DNA from: a virus
Taxonomy: Duplodnaviria; Caudoviricetes
IMG/VR virus record: IMGVR_UViG_3300043773_000950
Location: 1-52,743 of that record
DNA length: 52,743 nt
Direction: 5' to 3' (one strand)
Shown: piece after piece, positions 28,472-37,029 of the stretch
How positions within the stretch are numbered: the stretch's first letter is position 1
How the letters are laid out: each line of letters opens with the position of its first letter
The notes under the pieces: generated by a model
Told to the model about the DNA's origin: nothing
Database searches by the model: none
Seen by the model: only the letters and a program-made list of their open reading frames with translations
Program-made: the position numbers and the translations under genes

Positions 28472-29772
28472 GATGTTACTGATTTAATAATTGTGAAGTT
28501 GATTACTGGGGAATCTACAGCGGTTCCACCAATTGATACAAAGCTGATTACAAACGATGTTCCTGCAATTATTCTGCCCGGAATAAATAAATAATTATTT
28601 GATCCGCCAGAATAAGATAAAATAATATTATCCGTTAACCCAATTGTAGTATTATTTACAGTAAACGATGACCATGCGGCAGAACCAGCAGCACTGAACA
28701 TCGTTATTGTGCCGCAGATTTTATTAATTGTTACTGGAGTGGTTCTTGATGTTCCTTGAACTACAGTTCCGCCAGCGCCTGTAGCATATCCAATTCCATC
28801 TGTTGCTGTCGTGCTTCTAATGCCACCAACAACCTCTAACTTATGTAATGGGGTTGGAGTTCCAATTCCAACAAGTCCAGTTCCATCAATAATAAATGGG
28901 GTTGTATCGGTTGTTTCATCTTCTACTCGCAGTGGTGCCCCTGCCCCTTGCTGTGTGATCCTAACTACATCTCCAACAGAAGAGTCTTGGACATTGAGTT
29001 TTGCGGATGGAGTTGCAATTCCTATTCCAACAAGTCCAGAAGAAGTCAGATAAACATGATTACTGTTATTGCTCTTGATGATTACTGGGTGCGCGGTCTG
29101 TGTCCCAAGGCTTAATTCCGTGTTGCCTTCTGCCAAGAAGTCTGCCGTAACTCCACCTTGCTGGGCGATGTATCCAGCAGAAGATGCCCCGGCTGTGTCT
29201 GGGTTGTATGCGCGAACTGCTGTCTGACCAGTTTGGTTTTCAACAACATCAACCTTGTAAAGGGGGGCGTTTGTTCCGATTCCTACATCCCCATTTGTTA
29301 CTGATTGGAGCGCGACAACTGTGCCGTCTACAAGTAGCTTGGCGGCGTTTGTCAAAATGCGTGGATCGGTTCCGCTGGCCTGAATACGAAGGTCATAGTC
29401 ATCCGAGTTCGGATTTTTCAAATCCATGTAGACATTTCCCGATCCGCCCAACTCAATGCGGGTGTCGCCAACTGGATTGTTTACATGAAGCTCCGTGGCG
29501 TCCAATCTTGCAAAGGCAGAGTTTCCGCTAGAATCTCTTGCTACAACGGTATCGGGTGTCGCTGCCGCCGTTGCGGAAGTAAACTCAATATTCCCACCGA
29601 TTACCCTTGGTATGTCTCCCTCTTCGCCGGATATTGTTTTCTTGCAGAATGCGGAGTCTTCCACAACGAAAGATACTGCCTCAGTGGTGCTTTCAAGCGG
29701 CTCACATGTAACTGGTAAAGATGTTTCGCAGGGCGGGCAAGGATCACAGCATTTGTTCGTGTGGCAACTCAT
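28468..29772 (-). CDS. Tail fibre protein
   Basis: Repeated VGIGT..P..KL.V units; N-terminus homologous to that of the adjacent fibre. Confidence 0.75.
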   Translation of the reverse strand: MSCHTNKCCDPCPPCETSLPVTCEPLESTTEAVSFVVEDSAFCKKTISGEEGDIPRVIGGNIEFTSATAAATPDTVVARDSSGNSAFARLDATELHVNNPVGDTRIELGGSGNVYMDLKNPNSDDYDLRIQASGTDPRILTNAAKLLVDGTVVALQSVTNGDVGIGTNAPLYKVDVVENQTGQTAVRAYNPDTAGASSAGYIAQQGGVTADFLAEGNTELSLGTQTAHPVIIKSNNSNHVYLTSSGLVGIGIATPSAKLNVQDSSVGDVVRITQQGAGAPLRVEDETTDTTPFIIDGTGLVGIGTPTPLHKLEVVGGIRSTTATDGIGYATGAGGTVVQGTSRTTPVTINKICGTITMFSAAGSAAWSSFTVNNTTIGLTDNIILSYSGGSNNYLFIPGRIIAGTSFVISFVSIGGTAVDSPVINFTIIKSVTS

Positions 29773-29816
29773 GGGATTATCGTTAACGATATTCTGTTGG
29801 ATTCTAAATGCAAGTG

Positions 29817-30701
29817 CTATCTCGCCTCAAAAAGCTCGTATTCCGGCGCGAGGGCATTTCCATTTTGCAGCCCGCTTGGTTGGTAGATTCTTAACCACCA
29901 TGCCCCGGTTGGCTTCGGTGGTTTTCCTGTCTCGATATGCCAGCCTCCGTATCCATCTCCGTATTCCTCTTTGTATCCAGCGATCTTTACATGGGTCTGG
30001 CGGTTGATGATTACATGGTCCCTCCTACCCAGCTTGATCCTTTCGATGGCGACCTGCCAGCTTTCGTGGACATGTCCGCTGCAAACGATATCTGCGTCAG
30101 AAACATATACTGCCTGCCTATTCGTTTGTATGACGCCGCGAGTTACAGGGCCACCACCGCCACTTCCGTGAAAATACCAGAGGACAAGCGATGCGTTGGT
30201 TCTCTTGTTGTTGGTTATCTGGAATCGGACATAACCAGAGTATCCACCCCGGCGGGCAATTCCTCCGTTCAGTCTAAGCCTTTCTGCAAGTCGCTCATTT
30301 AGATCAGTTTCGTGCGCCTTCTTGATTGATGATTCGTGATTGCCGTTTCCTCTCACAGTCAGAATTGTTTTATACGGCTCCAGATATTCAGCCGCTGTGT
30401 TTACCAAACTATCCAGATAGTTGTTGTTCTGATGTTCTGGCCTAATGTCGCTCTTGCTGGCCCGCTTGTCATACTTCCCCTGCATGGCGCAGAAGAAATC
30501 CCCGAAGTCCAATACGGGCGCGTTGCGCTGGAGTGCTAGGTCTAAGTGCTTCTTGAGCTTCTTGCGGTCACAGTGCGGGTTGTCCCAATGCACATCGCTT
30601 TGCAGAAGGAACCATTGCTCGTCTCCAACCTTTGGGAAGTTGATGTTGAAGACATGAACATTCCTGCTGACTTCTTTGAATGACCAACTTGGTTTACTCA
30701 T
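29817..30701 (-). CDS. Calcineurin-like metallophosphoesterase
   Basis: SDVH, GD, GNHE, FHG and GHVH motifs. Confidence 0.85.
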   Translation of the reverse strand: MSKPSWSFKEVSRNVHVFNINFPKVGDEQWFLLQSDVHWDNPHCDRKKLKKHLDLALQRNAPVLDFGDFFCAMQGKYDKRASKSDIRPEHQNNNYLDSLVNTAAEYLEPYKTILTVRGNGNHESSIKKAHETDLNERLAERLRLNGGIARRGGYSGYVRFQITNNKRTNASLVLWYFHGSGGGGPVTRGVIQTNRQAVYVSDADIVCSGHVHESWQVAIERIKLGRRDHVIINRQTHVKIAGYKEEYGDGYGGWHIETGKPPKPTGAWWLRIYQPSGLQNGNALAPEYELFEAR

Positions 30702-31177
30702 ACATGTTTCTTTAGTTCTCCCATGAACCTATTGTATTCGGTGGGGTTGAGATCATTCTTCCTGTTTGGACTGACTGTCCGGTGGTCGGTCACATCTTTT
30801 ATCGTTAACGATAACTTCTTCATGCGCGGGACGAGATACTCGATTGCCGACTCGATCATTTCTTTTGAGAGCGGTTCTTTGTATGTATCCCCCTCGAAAG
30901 ATAATCCGAGGCTCCAGCTATTCAGATCAGGCTTGTTCCTCCAGAAACTTTTTCCAGCATGCCATGTCCGCTCGTTGTCGCTTGCCAATACTGTGCGCTC
31001 TCCGTCTCGTTTAATGATACAATGGTAGCTCACCATGCTATCTGGATTCAGGCACCACTCTACACTTCCTTTGTATCCTCCAGAGGTGTGGTGTAGAACC
31101 ACAGCCTTGGGTATGATCACTCTCCCCTTGGAAAAGTTAGGGGTCTGCTTGTAAACTTCTTTATACTTGGAGGTCAC
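30698..31177 (-). CDS. N-acetylmuramoyl-L-alanine amidase (endolysin)
   Basis: VVLHHT, VSYH, WHAG, SLGLSFEG, DHR and RKND motifs. Probable GTG start at 31177 overlapping the upstream stop. Confidence 0.88.
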   Translation of the reverse strand: MTSKYKEVYKQTPNFSKGRVIIPKAVVLHHTSGGYKGSVEWCLNPDSMVSYHCIIKRDGERTVLASDNERTWHAGKSFWRNKPDLNSWSLGLSFEGDTYKEPLSKEMIESAIEYLVPRMKKLSLTIKDVTDHRTVSPNRKNDLNPTEYNRFMGELKKHV

Positions 31178-31329
31178 TTGTCTTTGAGCGTCCTTGTCGG
31201 AAGCTCGTATGAGAAGGTGCCAAAGTCTGTCTGCACCCCGAACCGTAGCGTTTCGCAGCCAGAAAGGAACAAGACTCCAAAGAGGCACCATGCCGCCAAG
31301 CATAAAGAGATGACGATCTTGGAGGTCAT
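31174..31329 (-). CDS. Small lipoprotein (spanin-like candidate)
   Basis: Signal peptide with lipobox LSGC, 51 aa, in the lysis cluster. Confidence 0.55.
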   Translation of the reverse strand: MTSKIVISLCLAAWCLFGVLFLSGCETLRFGVQTDFGTFSYELPTRTLKDK

Positions 31330-31502
31330 TTCTTCTCGCGGCGGAACACCTCGATTGCGCCAATGATGGCGATCACCGCTGTGCCGATGGCAGAGAATTG
31401 CTCCGGGTCGATGTTGATACCGACCAGCGCAGCGATTGTGGTTAACCCAGCCCAAGTTGATTTCTCCTTGAGACGGCTTGTGATGAATTCTACGATTTTC
31501 AT
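31326..31502 (-). CDS. Holin
   Basis: 58 aa; RLKEKSTWAGL, two hydrophobic segments, basic tail RREKK. Confidence 0.7.
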   Translation of the reverse strand: MKIVEFITSRLKEKSTWAGLTTIAALVGINIDPEQFSAIGTAVIAIIGAIEVFRREKK

Positions 31503-31675
31503 AGCGAGCTTATCTTCTTCCACATGTAGACGCATGTCAAGACGCCAGCGATGAGGCCGACGAATGCGCCTGAGATTCTTAGTCCTGTTTCGAGGTGCGG
31601 GACGAGGGAGATCAACACCCCCGTAACTGAGGTTGCTGTTCCCATAATTCCGGTAAATGTAGGATGGTCGTTCAT
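31499..31675 (-). CDS. Small two-TM membrane protein (holin/antiholin-like; not in the ORF track)
   Basis: MNDHPTFTGIMGTATSVTGVLISLVP...AFVGLIAGVLTCVYMWKKISSL*, with ATGA overlaps at both ends. Confidence 0.6.
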   Translation of the reverse strand: MNDHPTFTGIMGTATSVTGVLISLVPHLETGLRISGAFVGLIAGVLTCVYMWKKISSL

Positions 31676-31878
31676 ACAATGAGTGATACACTTGATTCAG
31701 CGTAAAGATTTAGTAGTTCCTCTCGATTGGAACGCGCCCACGCGCTTTGCTCTTCTGGTTGAGGGTCTGGTCTTGTAAAAAATGACCGCAAAACTGTAGC
31801 AGCATCAGATTCATTTTGTTCCCACCGCTCATAGTTAGATGCAAGCCAACCAAAGGCGTTTGATAGTTCTATGTCCAT
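31672..31878 (-). CDS. Hypothetical protein
   Basis: 68-aa ORF directly after a fibre gene. Confidence 0.55.
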   Translation of the reverse strand: MDIELSNAFGWLASNYERWEQNESDAATVLRSFFTRPDPQPEEQSAWARSNREELLNLYAESSVSLIV

Positions 31879-31880
31879 AA

Positions 31881-33818
31881 TTATTGTCTTGCTATGTGAA
31901 GAAGAATCGAAGTTATTTTGGTCTGCCCAGACCCCCTTTGAGCCTTTACTCCAATGTTTATATGAGACCCAGTCGTGGTAAAATTAATTCCTGCGGTGCT
32001 AATCATTTCGACGCCAGCCCCTCCAACTCCGGGCAAAGGAGTGAGTGTAGTTGTAAGATACCCTGATGATGGATAGTTTCCTGTGTTATTTCCGTTGTTT
32101 GCAGCGATAAAAAATTTGTAATTTGTTGTGCCGCCGTATTCTTGCGTAATAGACATGCTCAAATTTATTGGCAGTCCAACGCCGCTTTCCGTAAGTAAAC
32201 TAATTGGAATACAAATAAATGTAATATCCGCCTCCAAGGTGCCATTCAAAAAATATGGCATATTTGCCATGAGTGGAATAGTCCATTTGCTTGGCTTGTT
32301 AAGAATCGATGATATCCCTGTTGTCGCATTCCAGTCTGCCTGCACTTGAGCTACTGCGGCAGTTGTCTGAACTGTGTTATCGTTAAATTTAACTCCAGAA
32401 GAATCTAATTTTAGTCCAACTGTAGTATCTGGACTTGTTCCAATTCCAACTTTTCCTGTTGCAGAAACTACAAATGGAGTCGTTTCGGGGGACTCGTCTT
32501 CAATGCGTAAGCACTCACCTGTTCCATTTGCATTTGTAATAATTAAACCACCACCGCTTCCGCTTTGTGTTATCCTTACTACTTCATCAGTTCCGCTTGC
32601 TGAAAAAGTTGCTGCACGGTTTGGAGTAGCGGTTGTTGCTTGATTTGTTACACTCAATACTTGACCAGCGACTGAGCTAGCGGATATTGTTTGAATTCCA
32701 GTAAATGTATTAAAACCAAGAGTTGCAAAATCTACTGTTTCTGGCGAAGAGATCGTTCCTCTACGCATTCTAATGCCAGCAGATGTTGCCCAAATATCTC
32801 CCAGATTAGGAGAGGTAGGATTAGCTCCGTATTGGATATTTAAGCTACTGTTTGCAGTCGTTGATGCTGGCAGATTCAACTTTCCAGTCATCGTGTCTCC
32901 AGCCTTTGCTACTTTTCCAGAAAGGTCTGCGGTAAGATTGGATATTTTACTTTGATCAATTGCAGCAGAAGCTGAAACATCGGCATTTACAATTGTGCTT
33001 GCAGGAGATTGGAATACTCCATTGACTACTTTTGCAACGCCAGTTCCCGTGACGGATGGCATAGTGGAATGAGTATGCGATGGATATTGCCCGCCAAAAT
33101 GGAATGTAAGGCGATTGTTGTTTTGATTCGCCCGTCCATACAAATAAACAAGGATTCGATCAGTTGCAAGAATCGTAGTTTGTGGCATGACCACTGATGC
33201 AACCTCCTGATTGATTTCAGCAGGATCGTAGATGTAGACATCGTTAGAAGTCGCAAGGAGCGTTGGAGCATTTACACCATCATATTTAAGAATCTCCACT
33301 TTGAAACGAACTTGATTTGCAGAATTTGTGGTCGTTGATTCTACGAAGATATTGAAATCCCAAATTCCAGCAGGGATTGCTGTGGCAGATGGAACATTGA
33401 GATCAGTAACAAACGAAGCAAGAAAAACATAACTTGTAGTAGAAAGAATAGGAGATTGATAACTTGTCGCAGTTGTTTCTCCAACAAGTCCAAGTTCTTT
33501 AGTCGCATTAGGAGTTTGCGGGATGTTTGTCAGAGGTGCGTCAGCCGCCGTGTTGAAGTTGAGATAATAAACAACTCCACCGCCACCGGAGCCTCCCGAT
33601 GGAATGCTGCCGGGAACCCAATTCGCCCCATCATACTGAAGAACCTGACCATTGACCGGAATTGCGTTGCTTACTGGCCTACCCTGTAAACCATCAACTG
33701 TCGGGTTTGGGTATGTCCCAGAAAGATCACCACCAGCAGGCCCAGTTGGCGATCCGCCACCACCGCCCGATCCGATATAGTCCAGTTTGCCTGTGAACGG
33801 ATTGAATGTGAGTCCCAT
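31881..33818 (-). CDS. Fibre-like structural protein
   Basis: FNPFTGKLD, GPAGGDLSGTYPNPTV, KAGDTMTG, VGIGT and QADWN...ILNKP modules typical of phage fibres. Confidence 0.7.
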   Translation of the reverse strand: MGLTFNPFTGKLDYIGSGGGGGSPTGPAGGDLSGTYPNPTVDGLQGRPVSNAIPVNGQVLQYDGANWVPGSIPSGGSGGGGVVYYLNFNTAADAPLTNIPQTPNATKELGLVGETTATSYQSPILSTTSYVFLASFVTDLNVPSATAIPAGIWDFNIFVESTTTNSANQVRFKVEILKYDGVNAPTLLATSNDVYIYDPAEINQEVASVVMPQTTILATDRILVYLYGRANQNNNRLTFHFGGQYPSHTHSTMPSVTGTGVAKVVNGVFQSPASTIVNADVSASAAIDQSKISNLTADLSGKVAKAGDTMTGKLNLPASTTANSSLNIQYGANPTSPNLGDIWATSAGIRMRRGTISSPETVDFATLGFNTFTGIQTISASSVAGQVLSVTNQATTATPNRAATFSASGTDEVVRITQSGSGGGLIITNANGTGECLRIEDESPETTPFVVSATGKVGIGTSPDTTVGLKLDSSGVKFNDNTVQTTAAVAQVQADWNATTGISSILNKPSKWTIPLMANMPYFLNGTLEADITFICIPISLLTESGVGLPINLSMSITQEYGGTTNYKFFIAANNGNNTGNYPSSGYLTTTLTPLPGVGGAGVEMISTAGINFTTTGSHINIGVKAQRGSGQTKITSILLHIARQ

Positions 33819-33819
33819 A

Positions 33820-34101
33820 TTAGGAAATAGTTACATTGACGAGTCGTTCGTCGTTTGTTGTTGGGGGCTGAACAGCGTAAGTCAGCGTGAGTGTGGCAAC
33901 TGGGTTTCCTCCATTTGAGTAGACTACCGTGGCAATGTTGTTTGTAGTGCCGTAGTAGGTGATGTCGATCTCGTCGTATTCGGGAATCTGGAATCCTTGC
34001 AGTGCTTGAATCGCATCAGTGATTGCCACCTGTTGCTGAATGATTTCCCAGTTCTGCACATCAGGTGTGCTTTCCTTAAAGCAGTTTTCGGTTAGTGCCA
34101 T
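33820..34101 (-). CDS. Small structural protein
   Basis: ENCF...D.Q.WEI N-terminal motif; IPEYD.I..TY...V.Y...G..VATLTLTY. Confidence 0.6.
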   Translation of the reverse strand: MALTENCFKESTPDVQNWEIIQQQVAITDAIQALQGFQIPEYDEIDITYYGTTNNIATVVYSNGGNPVATLTLTYAVQPPTTNDERLVNVTIS

Positions 34102-34121
34102 AATTTATGATTCGGTTTGAG

Positions 34122-34235
34122 TCATGTGATCGACTGCGGTTGTGGTTTATCGTTACCGATAATTATAGTGATGTTCAGATACCGCTCGTAGTTCAGAGCG
34201 TCCCAGTTCTTATCTGATGTGCAGGCGAGGCTCAT
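34122..34235 (-). CDS. Possible 37-aa ORF or gene remnant
   Basis: MSLACTSDKNWDALNYERY...; ATGA overlap with the upstream stop; weakly resembles the N-terminus of 36685-36960. Confidence 0.35.
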   Translation of the reverse strand: MSLACTSDKNWDALNYERYLNITIIIGNDKPQPQSIT

Positions 34236-34417
34236 AGTGGTAGATCGAATGCTTGTCGGGCTTCTGCCTCTGAGTCAAACCAGAACCACCCATCAACTGG
34301 ATAGGTGTGCTGTTCGTGCGTTTCGCGCCGAAGTTCATAGCTTGCGTTTAACACAAAATTTGGGCCGAAGAGAACTTCTCCATTATCGTTCTTGTAGAAT
34401 CCAGATGTATCTTCCAT
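34232..34417 (-). CDS. Small hypothetical protein
   Basis: GFYK...PNFV...YPVDGWFWFDSE.EA, seen after fibre-like genes. Confidence 0.65.
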   Translation of the reverse strand: MEDTSGFYKNDNGEVLFGPNFVLNASYELRRETHEQHTYPVDGWFWFDSEAEARQAFDLPL

Positions 34418-34421
34418 AAAA

Positions 34422-35570
34422 TTATCCTGTGACTGTCCAGTTTTTTGCTGTGGCGATAGTTGGGTTGTCTCCCGCTGTGCCGTAGTTACCAGTTACAGTA
34501 ATCGTTCTTGATGGTAGTGCAGTAAGGTCTGCAAGATTAGTGTATATTTCATTCAATGCTGCGGCGGATAGCGAGCAGTTGGAAAAAGAGACATTGACCT
34601 TAATTCCTGTTGCCTCGACCCTTGCTATGGATTGGGCGGTTGAGAACATGGTGTTAGCAGTGATGCCTGCTGTCATATTTAACAACGGAACGCTTTGTAA
34701 AGAGGAACAGCCAGAGAACACGCCGCTGAAAAAGATTCCACTACTTGTGTCGAACAACGGAACGCTTTGTAAAGAGGAACAGCCAGAGAACATGGATGTG
34801 AAAGTGGTTCCACTACTTGTGTCGAACAACGGAACGCTTTGTAAAGAGGAACAGCCAGAGAACATGCCAGTGAAAGTGGTTCCACTACTTGTGTTAAACA
34901 ACGGAACGCTTTGTAAAGAGAAACAGTTAGTGAACATTGAGAAGAAGTCAATCCCACTACTTGTGTCGAACAACGGAACGCTTTGCAAGGAACTGCAGTT
35001 AGAGAACATTTCGTTGAAATCAGTTCCACCCCATGCGTAGATTGTTGCTTGCTCCAACCTGCGATGAAAGACATTGCCTCCTGCGAATAGAGCATTACTA
35101 ATGCAACTCGGAGCGTTAACTTCAACATCAAGCCAGCCAGTAACCGCTCCGCTTACAAGCCCGACTGTGGAGTGTTTGACATTAAGATTGATCGCAGTAA
35201 TTGAATCTCCGATTGCTGGTGTGATCGTGACAATCGCTTGACGATAGCCTCTCGTAGTTAGCGTAGATGGGGACAGATCGTTCCAGTCGTAGATATGTTC
35301 AGCAGTAGCTCCACTCGCGTAACTAGCTGAGTTGCCGTCTCCCCAGTCTACATCGTATGCCCCAGAGATGGTAAAGGCTAAAAAGTTGGAATCTGTGTTC
35401 CAGACGGCGTAGAGTCCAGAAATGCCTTCGGTAGAAGACATGTCAGGCAGAGGCAACCAGTCGGAAGGTCGTTGCCAACCTTCACCACCACCACCACCTT
35501 TGAGTTTTGCATAAATCTCATAAAGCTGGTTATCTGTTGTAAGATTAACGAAACAATCTCGCGTTATCAT
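34422..35570 (-). CDS. Surface/fibre protein with BspA/DUF285-like tandem repeats
   Basis: VDWGDG (PKD-like) motif, then five 24-aa repeats of FSGCSSLQSVPLFDTSSGTTFTSM type. Confidence 0.75.
   Translation of the reverse strand: MITRDCFVNLTTDNQLYEIYAKLKGGGGGEGWQRPSDWLPLPDMSSTEGISGLYAVWNTDSNFLAFTISGAYDVDWGDGNSASYASGATAEHIYDWNDLSPSTLTTRGYRQAIVTITPAIGDSITAINLNVKHSTVGLVSGAVTGWLDVEVNAPSCISNALFAGGNVFHRRLEQATIYAWGGTDFNEMFSNCSSLQSVPLFDTSSGIDFFSMFTNCFSLQSVPLFNTSSGTTFTGMFSGCSSLQSVPLFDTSSGTTFTSMFSGCSSLQSVPLFDTSSGIFFSGVFSGCSSLQSVPLLNMTAGITANTMFSTAQSIARVEATGIKVNVSFSNCSLSAAALNEIYTNLADLTALPSRTITVTGNYGTAGDNPTIATAKNWTVTG
34681..35020 (-). repeat. 72-bp coding tandem repeat, about 5 copies
   Basis: AACAACGGAACGCTTTG recurs at 34681, 34753, 34825, 34897 and 34969. 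Confidence 0.92.
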
Positions 35571-35571
35571 G

Positions 35572-35940
35572 TTATTGGTTTAGAAGTTCAAATGCTTCTT
35601 TTGTAGTATCGTAAAACTCAAACGGGCATTCGGGCCAATCAATCCTTACCTCTGGATTTGTAATGAAGCTAGAAAGAATCTGATTAGTCCAAGCGTGAAC
35701 TGCATTGAGCTTGGCACTTGTTTTGCCAGCATTGCCCAAAGCAATTTGAAGGCTCAATAGCGTTGTCAGTTGCGTCCCGCCAAATCCGTTAAGTTGCAAC
35801 CACTCTTCGGCTGTTGAACCCATATAGTCGTTTTGATACTCAATTTCTCCAGATGCGTTGTAGATCGTAATCCGATTTTGGGTCTGTTCTTTGTCAGTTA
35901 CTGGATTAAAAAAAGTGTAGGTGTCGATAACAGGTTTCAT
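35572..35940 (-). CDS. Hypothetical protein
   Basis: 122-aa ORF tightly packed between structural genes. Confidence 0.65.
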   Translation of the reverse strand: MKPVIDTYTFFNPVTDKEQTQNRITIYNASGEIEYQNDYMGSTAEEWLQLNGFGGTQLTTLLSLQIALGNAGKTSAKLNAVHAWTNQILSSFITNPEVRIDWPECPFEFYDTTKEAFELLNQ

Positions 35941-36623
35941 TGTATGAACAGATTGATTGTTTGCCGCACACTTGTTGGATTCGTCGTGAATGTTCCACCC
36001 TGCAAAAATATGTTATATGCAGTGTTTGCTACTACTGGAATATTTAATCCAGTTGCAATTTGAGAAAATGAATCCTGCGATACAACGCCATTAACATTAT
36101 AGCTGATTAAAGTGGCCACCGTTGAAGGTGTATCTACATTATATAAAGACATTGTTGCTCCACTGTGCCCAGTCGGAGTGGAGCCTCCGCCATTATAGAA
36201 AGTCATCGATACCGCAACAATTGTCCCATTAAATGGAAACTTGAATTGCCTTCTAAACGAAGGGCTTGCCGGGGCAAGGTCAAATAAATTTGCGAAGTAT
36301 GTATTCGTCCCGCCAGCAGATAATGTAGTAGAACTATGTCCTAGAGTAATACAGAAAGTTTTGTTATTGAATGTATTCCAGTCCGTAGAAGAAAGGTATC
36401 CAGCGGTAGCTGCGCCTGCTTGGGTGCTGCTAATCGTGGTTGTGCCTGCGGCGGTAGAAGCGGATAATGGCGCAGAGCCTGCAATAAGCTGCGCGGCAGT
36501 TGTATCCCCATTAATGGATGCAATCCCAGCAGATGAAGAACCTAGTGCCTGTAGGATTTCATACAGTTGATTGTCTTCTGTAAGGCCGTTAAAGCAGTCT
36601 CTACTTAGTAGTTCATCTGCCAT
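35937..36623 (-). CDS. Putative head fibre / decoration protein
   Basis: RDCF..LTEDNQLYEI N-terminus, GYLSSTDWNTFNNK fibre motif, beta-rich C-terminus. Confidence 0.6.
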   Translation of the reverse strand: MADELLSRDCFNGLTEDNQLYEILQALGSSSAGIASINGDTTAAQLIAGSAPLSASTAAGTTTISSTQAGAATAGYLSSTDWNTFNNKTFCITLGHSSTTLSAGGTNTYFANLFDLAPASPSFRRQFKFPFNGTIVAVSMTFYNGGGSTPTGHSGATMSLYNVDTPSTVATLISYNVNGVVSQDSFSQIATGLNIPVVANTAYNIFLQGGTFTTNPTSVRQTINLFIQ

Positions 36624-36684
36624 AATTTTAGATTATGTGTGCGGTGGAGGATCGAACTCCCTCGCGGTTTATCGTTACCGATAA

Positions 36685-36960
36685 TTAGAGGACCGGATTA
36701 TAGGAATACTCCAACGCTTCGTTCAGATGATACCATTGCATGTCTTCGGTCATCTGAACAAAACAGTTCTCCGAGATCGGGGTGGTTGACCCGCCAATGT
36801 AGTGCAAGTTCACATAGAACTGATACATCTGGTTGGCAGGAGCCATCGCTTGGTAACATCCAAGAGTGGTCGTAACCGCATTCTCGCCAGCGGCAGCGTA
36901 GAGGGTTCGAAGCAACTGGTAAGACCAGTCCGAGTAGGGTAGATCGGTGAAACAAGCCAT
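36685..36960 (-). CDS. Small capsid-adjacent protein with three internal repeats
   Basis: CFTDLPYSDWSYQL, CYQAMAPANQMYQF and CFVQMTEDMQWYHL. Confidence 0.65.
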   Translation of the reverse strand: MACFTDLPYSDWSYQLLRTLYAAAGENAVTTTLGCYQAMAPANQMYQFYVNLHYIGGSTTPISENCFVQMTEDMQWYHLNEALEYSYNPVL

Positions 36961-37029
36961 AATAGTTTTCTGTTTTCACCCGCCCGTTGGAGGGGGATTG
37001 CTCCCCCTCCTTGGTTTGGGTGGGTTGGA

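Noticed and set aside
32378-32390. Partial palindrome TATCGTTAAATTT
   Set aside because: Only one arm matches; not counted as a site.
34681-35020. Diversity-generating retroelement TR/VR pair
   Set aside because: No reverse transcriptase; these are in-frame tandem coding repeats without clear adenine-specific variation.
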